Source: Camelus dromedarius (lineage: Eukaryota). From it: DNA of 64,000 nt. Under the pieces are notes generated by a model. The model worked only from the letters and a program-made list of their open reading frames with translations. It searched no databases and was not told the DNA's origin. The position numbers and the translations under genes were made by a program. The stretch spans positions 54,872,001 through 54,936,000 of the forward strand of contig NC_087436.1 in NCBI RefSeq assembly GCF_036321535.1. The letters run 5' to 3'. Below, piece after piece: positions 38,034 to 51,080 of the stretch (position 1 is its first letter; each line of letters starts with the position of its first letter).

Positions 38034-39115
38034 GTTTAGCTTTCCTTCTCTTAATTGATGCATTCATTCAATATAAGATCCTGTTAAGCAGTGAGCTCAT
38101 CATGACATACACACCTTCGTTGTGATCATAAAAATCTTATTTATACAACACCTTTTTGATTTGGTCAGAAATATTTATTTGGTACACCAACTTGCAAGTA
38201 TACAGATAAAATGAGGTGTGTTGAGGCAAGTCTCAATGATATAATGATACACTTATGAAAAGAACTTTTATCTAGAAATGCCTGTGTGTAAGGAAACATC
38301 AGAATGCAAATGTCAACATACCTCTGAGGAGATAAAATAAACAATGAACTGTTTAGGTACTTAAGAAAGAAGCAAATTTTTCTCAGATAATGATAAGTTC
38401 TATGTGATTACCATTATTTGTATTTATTTACGGTATTTTAAATGTCAAAATCTCTTCCAGGACATTATTTCTAAAGGCTACGGAAACAACCCTTTCTTTA
38501 AAAGTGAAGATCCCTTTTGTCAAGAGAAAATTCAGTGATAAGTCTTTATATCACTACGTACCTAGACAAATGGTTTAAGTTCTAGAAAACCTAGTAATTG
38601 TATTAAGCCTAAGCTTAGAAAATAAACAGGTACATTTTATATAATCCACATTTCAAAGAAACATAAATTTGCAATTGATAATTGCATGTCTTTATATCCC
38701 ATACAGGTAAATGTTTACTAGAGAGAGGAGAGAGTACAGCCTTGATGCAGATACAAATGATGGAAGAGATGGTAAGTTTACAGCTTTTTAATACAAAGGA
38801 ACAGGTTCTAGTAAATGTCAATCTCAATTGCTAAAACAAGACTGGAAGTCTAAAGTGAACTGCATAGACTATTGACTGTATCTTCACTCATGCTTAGTCT
38901 TTGCTTACTTTTTCAAAGTTAACCACCCTTAAATATCAGGCTTTGAACAACTAAATTCTGAAGGCTAAATTTATTTGTACACAGAATGTAGAGTTCTTCT
39001 GTTTTTCTGGAATCTCTATGTCCATGTTTTCTCTGTCAATTCATTCTCTCTGCAGACATTAGCATGTTTATTATTATTTCTGTTGATGGAGGGGGACATT
39101 TTGAACTGGCTTTCT

Positions 39116-39453
39116 TTTTTTTCATTGAACTATACTTGACTTACAATGTTGTGTTAGTTTCTGCTGTACAGCATAGTGATTCAGATATATACATATATAT
39201 AGGATATTACAAGGTAATGGATATAGTTCCTTGTGCTATACAGTAGGACCTTGTTGTTTATCTAATTTATATATAGTAGTATCTGCAAATCCTCAATTCC
39301 CAATGTATCCCTCCCCATTCCCTTCCTCCTCTGGTAACCATAAGTTTGTTTTCCATGTCTGTGAGTCTGCTTCTGTTTTTTAAATAAGTTCATTTGTATC
39401 ATTTTTTAAAGATTCCACGTATAAGTGACATATGGTACCTTTCTTTCTCCTTC
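39116..39453 (-). mobile_element. 5'-truncated young LINE-1 3' end with 15-bp TSD
   Basis: exact TTGAACTGGCTTTCT at 39101-39115 and 39454-39468; antisense L1 3'UTR between them. Confidence 0.95.
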
Positions 39454-39919
39454 TTGAACTGGCTTTCTACTTGGAAATCTTGTTTAAGTAGAGTCACCTA
39501 GTTTGCCTAATCATCTCATTTCTTGATGTGCAGGAATGTAAAATGTGACCTCAGGAGTAGCAGCATTTTTGGTCAAACCATATCCAGTACCTCCTGGGCT
39601 ACAAAAGCAATTTGTTTCAGTTTAGGCAAAATTAGATAGGATTCAGGTAACTGTGTCTGAAAAGGCAGTCTGAGGGGATCTGACATTTGGGATTAGATGA
39701 TTATTGTAGATTAAACTTTAGGTGCTGAAAGAAAAAACACATACAGAAGTATGGCACCAAAAGGCTATATTTCAGACCAGGAGTGAGTGCCAGTGCACTG
39801 AATTAGTCCAAACTAGTGATAGCTGAGTGGAGCATCCAAAGGCAAAGACCTAGAAGAAGAAAGGTACCTGGCCTTCAGGAAATGTATCAGGTGAGAATAT
39901 GCCCCAGCCAATGGGCTGG

Positions 39920-41335
39920 CTTCATTAGTTCACTACTTATGTAATGAATAACTGCTGTGTGCCAGCCCCTGTGTTAGTGACTCAAAATAAGAGTTTTGAA
40001 CAAGGTAGACATAATGTTTGCCTTCATAGAGCCTACAGTTTAGTGAGATAAACAAATATTAATTTTACACATATAATTATATATAAGTATAATTGGTGTA
40101 AGAGTATTTTGAATAAGTGCCATACTGAGCTATGAGACCATATGGCAGGAAAATATAACCTAGTCAACAGAATTATGAAAGGTTTCCCTGAGGAGATGAA
40201 ATTTAAGTAGCCTCCAATCTACAGGAAAAAGGCTGTCAAGAATAAGACAGGGGCAATTCCATAGAGACTGGGCCACTAGGTCATTGCTAAGACAGATGCA
40301 GGAATGGGTTAGGCAGAAGCCAAGTTTTTCAAAATTGAAGCAGAAGGGCAAAGTTAATACAGCTGTAAGAACAACTGGATATCAAAAGAGAGCAAAATTA
40401 GTACAACTTAAGATTCTCTTGTCCTTGCACTCCTGCTTTTCTACAATCACCTTATAGCTCCATCTCTAGTTTAAGCTGAGGATTGATAGACATTGGAGGA
40501 ATGACTGAATTAAATGACTTCAACTACAGAAAGAAGAGAAGTACAAGGATTTTGAGTTTTCTGAGATCTAAGGAGATTTTTTTTTTAAATTATAAGTTAT
40601 TACCTCTCTATGACCCAAAGAATGAGGACAGAGAGATACTAAGGATGCCCCACTATTCTAACCAATATTAAAAAAATCAGTATATGATTATCTACTGGCT
40701 ATTATATGTCTGATACTGTGCAGTTTCTTGAGGATGCAATAGTGAACACAAGTTTTTTTGTACTAAGTCGATCATACTCTAGAGACATATCTGACACATG
40801 ATATAATAAGGTTGAATTCGAAAAAAATCACACAGAAGGGCAAATAATCTAGACTTAAGAGAGTCAAGAAGAATTTCTTGTAGAAAGTAATATTTAAACT
40901 GAGATGATTAACGAATAAAAAATGGATTATTTTGAGACTATTGGGACACCCAGGAAAATATGTTGAGTGAAAAGGAAACAGTGCGAAGGAATTAGCATAA
41001 GGAAGAAAGAATGGCTTTTATGAAATGGGTAGACAAAGGAAAGCCCAAAAAGGGGTCTGTGAAAGACTTCACAGATAAGAGAAACCACACAAAACAATCA
41101 CAGAATGTAAAGGAAGAGAGCATTTCAAGAAGGAACTACAGACCATGTCAAAAGTAGCAGTTCAAGTGAATTCCTTAATAAGTGTCTTCTGGGTTTAGCA
41201 ACTGAGACCTTGTTAGCCACTTTGGCTAAAGCAGTGGTAATGAGAGGCTGAAGTCTAGAGCCTAACCACAGTTCACTAAGGACTGCTTAGAGAAGAAGAA
41301 TAGAAAGATAAAAATGTAGACAACTGAACAATGTT
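39920..41335 (-). mobile_element. L2 LINE fragments
   Basis: 'ctgctgtgtgccagcccctgtgttag...tgccttcatagagcctacagtttagtg' and 'ggaagagagcatttcaagaagg...gggtttagcaactgagacc'. Confidence 0.65.
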
Positions 41336-43082
41336 CCCTAGGTTCCTATGAGCTGCAGAACATGTCAGGGAAGGACCCTCTGGTTTCAGTCTATACTGGC
41401 CATAGTTGATGTGTTCAATGTCTAAACCAGCCAGTCTTACTAATGCAGATGCCAAGCTCAACTGCTGTTGACTTGCAAGGTGGGGATGTTCGGTTTCAAG
41501 TGTCCAGCCTCTAAGTGCATTGTCTAGCGATTCTCCTTGAGATCCTGCTATTTCCAAGATGCTATGGGACTCATAAAATCCTTATTTCTTTTAACAGTTT
41601 TGGAAGGAAGTTTCTGCCAATGTTTCCTCATTTAGTAACTTTTGCTTTTTTCATTCCTTCTCTTCTGGGATAATTCTACAGAATTCCACAACTCTTACAA
41701 ACAAAACCTAGGAGAGCAATTACCTTCTTGTGTCAAGGAATATTTCCTTTAGACCTGACTACTCTGCAGAACCTGAGTGAAGAAAAGACAACATTGACTA
41801 TCTTCTTGGAATAAGAAAGGGAAAACGTTTATAGCAATCTAAGCAAAATCCAAGTTAATGTTTCAATAAGTCATTCTGCCACATTAGGCATCTTTTGTGC
41901 AAACTTCATCTCTTCTCCATAGGTTACACTGTTGGCTTTTTGTTCTTCTGTGGAATTTGGAGACAATTTATTATTTTTATTAAACTACATTAAAGATATT
42001 TTAAAGAGCATTTGAACATTCCACCTTAAATTTTCAAAGTTCAAACCCTTTAAGGTTTGTATGTTTTCTTGTGTTAAATCTCTCTAAATTTTTCTTCTCT
42101 GAAAAATAGATATGCTTAGTTCTTATGCACTAAAAGCACTAACAAGTTTAAAGAATTAATGCATGGATGCAGCACAATTTTATCTTTTCCTAAATTAGTT
42201 AGCTATGTAGACATTTTGAATAAAAGGAACATAGAGACTTGATATTTTTAACTATAACGGAAGGAGCAGCTGCCACCACCATAGGAAATTCATTTAAATG
42301 CAATCTCTGAGGGAGTTAGATATACTCATTATCATACGGAAGATTTTCCTTGTGTGTACAGAAGTCTTTAAAGATCAGTCGTCTTTCATGAACGTTCTTA
42401 TCCTTTAGTTTATTTGCTTATGCTGCTCTTTCCACCAATTGCTAAGCTTGTGGAAGATGGTATTTCTGAGGTAAATAATTTGCCTTTTTCTCTTTGGGGT
42501 CATTGGGTTCCTGGAGGCTGTATAAGTTCAGTGGAATTTCTGTTCACCTGTAATATCATCTTCATTTTTTTCTGGTTTATAATAAGATAACAATAATGCA
42601 TCATGCAAATAATAATGCAAATCTATTCCATGTAATTTACTTGCAACAAAAAGTTCTGAACAATCCCGCCTCAGTAATTTGAAAAATTATTAATTTATAG
42701 AAACTAGAAGGTTGTCACATACTACTCACAGACAATTTTACTATGGCATACATTGTTATTTTTATATATTTTAAACCCTCAGAAGATTTCACATGAATAA
42801 AATCTGAAATTTTAAACTATTATTCTACTATTGAAAAATGAGCTTTGGCAAGAGTGAGATGCAGCAGAGAAGCTCCTTTCAGACAGCACTCCCACTGGCT
42901 AGTTCAGAGAGTGATTAGCCTGGTTACTGTGTGCATTTGAATTTGTAACACTGATCTTTATAGCTGATTTCTAGTAAAGAGATCTCTATTTCCATACTAC
43001 TTTTGATAGCAGTCTAACGCCTTTTTTGAAAAATGAAAACAACATCAAGAAAGAGTTGTCACTTGGTCTGATGTGAGGTTTG

Positions 43083-43408
43083 TGATAGGCAAGACCAACT
43101 CCATTTTGATGATAAGCCACCATCTCAAGTCAGCCGACCACAAGCTGCAACTTTTGCCTTTAGTTAAATCCCTTTCTGCCTGTTAGAGTTCATCCGACAT
43201 GTCCCTCTCTCTTTCAGCCCCTCTTACTTTCAGCATCCCTCACTTGCATAAGAACCCACCAATCAGCTCCTATCCCCAGGCATAAATAACCAAGCCTGTA
43301 CTCAGAGAGCAAGCTCCAGTATAACTGGAGACTCCTTCTGCAGGGTTCTTGCAATAAACCTGACTCTGCTGTTGAGCTGTCTCTGATCCTTTCTCTTCAA
43401 TTCTAACA
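43083..43408 (+). mobile_element. short (326 bp) solo LTR of unassigned family
   Basis: TGATAG...CTAACA ends, exact 5-bp TSD GTTTG (43078-43082, 43409-43413), CCAAT at 43259, CATAAATAA at 43281, AATAAA at 43353. Confidence 0.88.
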
Positions 43409-44299
43409 GTTTGGGTGTCTGTAAGCCCACCTTTTCATCTCTTTATAACAATCTTCACTAAACCCTTGACCTGTCCTCCATGGTATCCATAAGGCAAATT
43501 TTCATGCTGGGTTGTATGCAAAATACTATTCTTAAAACATCCTATAGGTCTTAGCACATCTATAGTAGCTTTCTTTTATGACACAGGTCAGAGCTATTTA
43601 GCTTTCTCACTTTATCTGATTTTGTAGTTTGACACTCGCAATTTTGAGTTTTGTGTAAAATATTGAGCTAAGATACGTCCAACAAGAAATCAGATAACTT
43701 CTTATTTACTCATTTGTTGAGTAAGCTGTTTCCTACCACCCAAAACAGATTTTTTTTTCCAGCTCAATGAGAACATGGTTCTGTAATTCAAGATGCCAGC
43801 TTGATCTAGCACAAGACAAACATATTCTATCCAATGTCACTATAGTAAGTTTACATGGAAAATGTGGACACGTGAAACATGGAAAACAACTCACTGAGTC
43901 TTTAATGTGCTGTATTTTATATCACTGACATTCATAGTAATTTGAATTATATATCAATGTAATAGTATCATAGCCTGCAAATACATAACTTTTATATTTT
44001 TTCTACATTTTTGGCCTTTAAAATTCTCTTCACTTAGTTTTAACTGATATAATCTAGAAGACCTTTTTTTTTTTTTTTTTCCTTCTATGTTTGTATCCTG
44101 AGACTTCTGGAGAGAAGGAGTTAGGAAGATTCTAACAATCAGATAGGTATAGCACATAAGAATGTACAACTACTATGTTGTGGCCTTTTCATAACCTTGC
44201 AATATCTAAAAGCCCCTTTTCTCCCTGCCTTTGGCCAAGAGAGCAGATGGATAATTACACTCCTCAAAAGATAAATTAAAGAAAGAATTTGGACCAACT

Positions 44300-45320
44300 A
44301 GGCTATTGAAATAAAGTGTTAATGGAGGGTTGTGGAGAAATGGCCAAATAAGAGTCTCGAATGACCTTATTTTCCTCCTGGTGACAGTGCTTTCCAGATA
44401 AAAGCTGTTTTCTTTTATTGAAATAGAATAGTGCCAAACATTGAACCTGCTTTGTAAGACATACATCAAGAGAGAAAATATTTCACCACAATGACATGAC
44501 CTGACATTTTAAAGCAGATAACAAACGACATCGTGTCAATGGCACCAATTTATTATTCCCTTTCTTGTACCTTGGTGCCACAGCAGGATGCACACTCCTT
44601 TTAATCATGGGATTGTGTTAAACAAATTTTTACCAGCAGAAACTATAAAATGCCTCTCATCATTTCCGAGTATCCTGACCTCTCAGCTGTCCCCACTGTC
44701 GCATATAAAGACAAAGGCTATGCTAAATTTTTCATCATTTTATTCCATTTCAGATCCAATTATGTGAGGGTCTTCCATCACTTACATGGGTGTATGTGCT
44801 GTAACATGAAGTGCCACACATTAATCAGACCCTTTTTATCCAGCAGACACCAGTGCTAAATCACACTAGTCCACAAAAAAAGGAACATGAAATAGATGCA
44901 AACATACAAGGAGGGTGCTCTCTTTTGTGCAGTTATAAAAGATGTGACTTGTGTGGGTGGCCTTCCCATCAAGTCCCAGAGAGTCTCAAAGTGTATTTTG
45001 TTTTTCATGTTTTCTACCACATTCCTCCTCAAAAGGACCCTCTTCTCCCACTTGCTTTAATGTCCCTCTGCCAGTTTATATCATAGAATCTACCACTTTA
45101 AACACTGCCCTGAGCAATGACTTTCTAGTTGAACTGTTGTAACTAATCGGCCTGTGGGCTGAAAAATGACCAGCTTGACACTTGTTCAGACCGCTCAGCA
45201 ATGAAAAGTCACCCTTTATCTCAGCAGTCTCTTTACAAGCACACAGGACAAAGACCTTAGATGCTGAATATTTCTGACAAATGACATTGAAATTGTGGAT
45301 CTGAGAGAAGCAGAAAGATT
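44300..45320. promoter_or_regulatory. candidate conserved non-coding element
   Basis: about 1 kb without a recognisable repeat, with repeated TGACA motifs, TAATC, TGTTAAACA and several CpGs; conservation not tested. Confidence 0.35.
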
Positions 45321-45534
45321 TACAGTACTAAGTAATTTTAATGCTATTTGGAATTAACACCTTCTTAATAATATTTTTAAAATATACTAGGTTGTAGTTT
45401 CAGACACTATCATGAAGATGAGTTGCTTATGATTTCAAAGACATATATGAAAATGTACTATAAAAGTTAAATAAATTTCATTTTAAAAAACTGATGAAGA
45501 ACTCTAGAATTCTTTTTCTTTACACAATATAGGA

Positions 45535-45780
45535 TAAGGATTATAGTTTAAAGCAGACAAAGTTTTAAATACCACTCTGACAATGTTCTAATGATGTATG
45601 TTTGAGCAAGTTATATAACCTTTCAAAGCCTCGATTTATTCCTTTATGAAACAGGGATAATATTATTACTTATTTCACAGAGCTAGAGCAGGTTTAATGA
45701 GCTAATATCTGTAAAGCATTAGGCATCATGGTTGACAATGTCAGCCACTCAATAAAATATTGGTCCTTATTATTATCATC
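45535..45780 (+). mobile_element. MIR SINE, near full length
   Basis: 'tttgagcaagttatataacctttcaaagcctcgatttattcctttatgaaacagggataata...tgtaaagcattaggcatcatggttgac...cactcaataaatattgg'. Confidence 0.85.
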
Positions 45781-46219
45781 ATGAAATTCTAAAACATGCT
45801 TAGAATAAAATAAAACAATAAAATATAATTGTTTTCTGGACTTCTTCCAAGGAGACATTGGGAGGAATAATCTCAATTGCTTTAGATTCAAACTGTGGAT
45901 TTAGAAGATTTATTGTAAGAAAATATCATAATTTTCCTTTTAAAAGTCTTCCATAATAAAGTTTTATATTCAGCCTAAGAAACAAATTAGAATCAGAGTT
46001 CTTAAAAATTTAACTACAAAATAGTGAGTGTATTAAGATACCAATATCACGATATCAATGAAGGACACAATTCCTCTACTTAAGAGAAAATATTAAAAAG
46101 ATTTTAGAATTCCATGCATTTTTAGGAATACTGGATTAATCTTCTAGCTTTCATTCTAAAAATAAATAAGAAATGCACAGCTTACATCAACTTAGTCTCT
46201 AGAAGCAATCAGATCTGAT

Positions 46220-46231
46220 GGTTTCGGTTTC
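46220..46231 (-). promoter_or_regulatory. ISRE / IRF-binding consensus GAAACCGAAACC
   Basis: exact GAAANNGAAA match with an intact CpG; motif only. Confidence 0.3.
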
Positions 46232-47260
46232 ATTCATTCCAGATTTATGTAATGATTTGAAATCATTTTAATTTCTTGATTTTCAATTTTTTTGTTGGAC
46301 AACAAATAGATTTTAGGAGAGGAAATATATACATACAACAAAATAAGCAAATATTTCAGTGACTTTTGTGGGATAGTCATTTTCTAAATCACCTTGATAT
46401 ATTTATTATAGTCCAAAAGAAATGGAGATAAGTTTCACATTATTGTTTTGTGACTAGAGCATATACTCTTATCCTTTACTTTTATTTTTCAGAATAAATG
46501 AGAAAACCCTTAAACCAAGTAACTAGGAGGCTGTGAACTAAAATAATTTCTTACTTTGAACTATAATTCACAGTTTAGTGGTTATTCATTAGTTAAGTTT
46601 TCAAAAACTTTATTCTAACTTTTTTCTTAGGCTGACTATTAATATACTAGGGATTTTAAAGTATATCTGTTACCTATAAGCATTCTTTATTTATTTTACA
46701 CTCAAGTAATTCTTTCACCAGAAATGTTTACATGGGTACATATGTATATGGAATATTTCAGGGCGTTTTTATTTCTTTTTATCGACTATTGGTTTGGGAT
46801 GGTTAACATCAGTTCTCAGATAATGAGGAAAGACAGACAAATGTTTAAGGAATAAAGGATGCCGTTGAATTTAAATTGACGTACAGTTTTTGTATTGCAC
46901 CACCTTATTATACTTCATTCACCCTGAATATAGGAAAAAAAGGAAACAAGATTCTTCATTTTTCCCCCAAAATAGATTTTAGTTGTCCTTTATCTGTTTC
47001 AGATACTTGGACTTTGTAACTTAGACTCATTTTTTAAAATTTATCATTATTCTTTATTGGCCTAATGTAGTTCTGTTTCCTAAGGGTTCCTTTTTTTCTC
47101 TCTCATTTTTCCCATTCCCATTCCCACTGAAACAGTAAGAGTTCAGTTCTACAAAGCCTCGCATGTAAATTGCTGCTGTAACCTCTCAGCATGCTTCACT
47201 GATCCACTTGGTCTTCACTGTAGTTTAATATAACTTATGCTGGCCCTCTTGGTCATATAC

Positions 47261-47263
<3 letters not shown>

Positions 47264-47291
<28 letters not shown>
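47264..47291. repeat. (TG)14 microsatellite
   Basis: uninterrupted TG run. Confidence 0.97.
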
Positions 47292-47295
<4 letters not shown>

Positions 47296-47559
47296 CTTAC
47301 CATTCTAAGTGTACACTCTTTGCCAATATGCTATGTTATCTTTTTTATGTTTACTATTTAGAATATATTTCCTTAGGCAAGTTGAGAAATGTTGAGGGAC
47401 TGAATAATATCACTGATGCTTGGAATGAAGAAAACATTATGAACGGGAGAATCATTTTGTAAGTAGTTATATAAGATTCAGTCATTGATTCAATGTAGGA
47501 GTCAGAAGTAGGAAAACCAACCTCTGACAAGGGCAACTCACTGTTGCAATGACAATATC

Positions 47560-49680
47560 ACTAACAGAAATTTGGGATAAAAGAGGCGGGTGAGTTTTGA
47601 AGAAAGATTGCTAAGTTCTCTTTTGGACATGCTGAAATTGATGTGCCTGTTAAAGAGTTAAATGAAGAGGCACAGCTGAGCAATTGAGTCAAGAATTGTA
47701 TACGTAGAGCTGGAGCTCAGAGAAGAGCTCAAGACTAAAAGCATAAATATATAATTGGTAATCATTTACATACCAATGATTGTTCAAAATGTGAAATTAC
47801 ATGAGATTTCACTTCAGAGTAGCACATCTAAGCATCAAGCAGAGGAGACTGAGCTCACAAGAAACATTACAAAGGCACAGTTCTGGAAGTAGGAAACAGT
47901 AGGGTCATGGAAGCCAAAGGAAAAAGAATTCATGAAATGATGAGGGGCAAATGCAAATTCACTGGAGGGGTCTATTTTAAAATAGTCAAGTGGTTGACAA
48001 CCTAGATATGATCTAATTTAGAGGATGGATAGAGAAGCAAGTTTGTTTCTAGGAGGCTAAGAACTAAAGAATTGAGGAAGTATGTAGAGTGAATAAAAAA
48101 ATATCCTTTTAAGAAATTTTTCCTGGAAGACCAGAGGAGGATTGGGATGGTAGCTCATTTAAATCTTAGACCAGGGAGGGACATTTCAGGATGAGAAGTT
48201 TCAAATGTGTTTTAAGATTAAGGCAAAGAGTAAGTGGACATGGATATTTAGGATGTAGTAGAAAAGGGGCATTACTAATGGAATAAGTTCCTGAAATAGA
48301 TAATATGGGAAATGAGTGGTCAAAAGAAGTGGTGAAGGGTTATACTGGACAAAGGGAAGGACAACTCCATTCCTAAAACTGGGAGCAAGGAAATAAGAGA
48401 GGAGGCATAGTTAGATAATTTTATTGATGTGAAGGTAGAAAGATGAGAGAAATATTCCTGACGGCCTCAATCGTGTATGTTAGGTTGAAGACAAAAACAT
48501 ACCTGAGATTAAATGGAATGAGAACAGGTAAGACAGCTTATGGGGAATGGTGATGGTTCAGAACTGTTCTGAAAGTAAAAGAGGTGGAAGAAAGTAAAAG
48601 AGGTCAAAAAATAATGAATTATTATTGGAAGCCTAGCTACTCTTTGTGACTCTGAAATTGCAGAATTGTATGATTTTCTTCAGTAGTTCTCAGCAGTCTG
48701 AAGTGGAATAAAGGAGCAACTGTGGGAATAATTGAGATGATAGATTTTCCTAAGTGGGTACTAGACTTGTGCTAGGTCTTTAGATAGATGCTTTCAAGTT
48801 ATCCTCACATCAAATCTGTCAGGCAGCTATTTTTCACTTTCATGAAGACTGCAAAAGTCTCCATTTTACAGATGATGAAACTAAGTTTTAAGTAAATTGC
48901 TGAAGGTCACACAAGGTAGTCTAACCTATGTTCATCTGAACACCAAAATCCATGCTCTTTGTACCATAGCTCATCATAGAAATTGAGGATCCAAAGGTTA
49001 ATCTATATGGTGGAAATGGCAGTGGGGATGCAGTGGGTAGGTCTGGATGTAAGCCTAATAGCAAGAAAGTCTTTGACTCATTTTATATGGTAAGTGAGAG
49101 AAAAAAGATAATGTATATATTTTTGTTCGGGGGTTTGAGAGAATGGAGTAACCTGACATCAATCACAGGCATGGCAATGGAATCTGTCTTTAGGAGAAGT
49201 TGATAATTTAAGTTTTAATATACTGTGTTTGAGGCTATAATGAGACATATGACTAGAAATATCTAGATAGCAATTTGGGGTTTGTAACATGAGTTTGAAA
49301 AATATATGCTTGGAGATAAAGATTTGCATCTCACTTTACTTGAGAGCAAACTGAGAGGATGAATGAAATTTCCATTGTAGGAAATATAAGAGGAGAAACA
49401 GAAAAACCCGAATAGAATAGTGGCATACATTCAGATTATGACAGTAAAAATATAGGAAAGGGACACCCAAACTAACAGAAGGGGAACAATGAGAGGGTTG
49501 TACCATATAAACCAAAAGAAGAAGTTTGGTGTTTAGAACTGCTCCTAAAGACTTAAAAATAGAAAATGAGAATGAGAATTTAGATACATATATGTTGCAT
49601 TATATGATTACTGACTTTAGAAAGAACAATTTCTAAAAGAGAGGCAGGAAGAAAATCTAAATTACAGACTTATGTGAACA
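47560..49680 (-). mobile_element. L2 LINE fragments with an embedded MIR (about 48780-48970)
   Basis: 'aagttctcttttggacatgctgaaattgatgtgcctgt...tagagctggagctcagagaagag'; MIR core 'tctccattttacagatgatgaaactaag'. Confidence 0.7.
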
Positions 49681-50669
49681 CTCATATATAGTATTATTTA
49701 TTTATTTAACAGACACATATTTTGGTCACAAATTGAAAAAATGTAACTTTCAAATATCCCTCTTTATAATTTCCTTACACCGAGGTACCAACCTGCTTAC
49801 AACAAATTAACCTAGGTTCTTCATGGGTCTTCCTTTGTCAGCATAAGTATTTTTCACTCATTTGTAGTTTAACCCAGTCTCATTTTAGTTCACTGTTCTC
49901 AGGGTCCTCTTGGTGATTCTCATCCTGCTTTCATTTCTAAACTCCAGGGAACCTTACTGCCTCCAGCAGACTAGCTGGAGAGGGGTGATCCTGCCTCACC
50001 CTCACCTGAGGTCCACATGGGTCTTTCTGTCCTGATAGAGACCACCCCAGTATGACACCTCCTTGGCCTATGTTCTGCCAGTTCTGTTGTGATAACCCCA
50101 GCCACAACACCGACCCTTGATGCCCAGCCTCTGTATCTCCAGCCACGTCTTCCTGGACCTGGCTGCTATTCATCTATGCCTTTCTGAGGGCTACAACTAC
50201 TCATGTGTCAGTGGTTACTCTTACTGCTCTGTAAGACCCTCTTCACCACTTCTGTGAGGCTACTGACTACCAGAATCCCAGCCAGGGCAGGAAAGGTGCT
50301 AGTCTACACTAGCTGAGAATGTGAGCAGAGATCTGGCCCCTACACTGCCTCTTAGTCTAGTTTCTTTTCTTTTCTCTTCTGCCCCTCTTAACTCTGAGAA
50401 TTCTTTATGTGGTCTTCTAATTGGAAGAAAAATATCATTTTTATGTACATTCCACAGACTCAATTTTTTTCTTTATATCAGTGAATCTTTTTACAATTAG
50501 AAGCTAAAAATGAGGGGGGTTTTTGTTTGCTTTTGCTTTTGCTTTTTTTCCCAGTCTATTTCCGACAACTGCCCCTGGGGCAAAAGTTCATTCATTGTCT
50601 CTCAGTCAAATAGAGGGACTCATATAGGAAAATGGAAAATATATGCTGTTTATTATCTCACATTATTAA

Positions 50670-51080
50670 TCTTACTTATTTATCACATCTTGTTCCAGAG
50701 CAAGATTTATGGCAGCTTTCATACATTTAGATAAATTGAAATAAAAAAAAAAGTAATGGGGGAGAAGGAAAGCAAAAGAAGGAAACGAGATAAATTCAAG
50801 ACACCATAAAAATATCTAGACTTGCTTGAGGTGGGCCGCACACCTGACTCCTGAGTTTTGAAGCAGTCAAAGAAAAGAGGACATCAGAGGAAACAAGTTG
50901 CCCAGTGCCCATAAAGAAGAAACTTACCTGTTGCCTGGAAGAAGCACAATTATTCCTGGCACTGAGTCCAGAGAAAAATTTCTCCTTTGAGTCTTCATAA
51001 AAAGGACAGTGTGACAGAGTGAACAGTGTCCTCAAGAAACTGTTGTAGTAACTACATAAACGAGTTTTATGGGACTGCTT
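50670..51080 (-). mobile_element. L4 (RTE-X) LINE 3' fragment
   Basis: 'ttatttatcacatcttgttccagagcaagatttatggcagctt' resembles the antisense L4 3' end. Confidence 0.55.

Noticed and set aside
41276..41557. 93-aa minus-strand ORF with protein-like composition
   Set aside because: TTG start, runs into L2 sequence, no recognisable domain or convincing splice sites.
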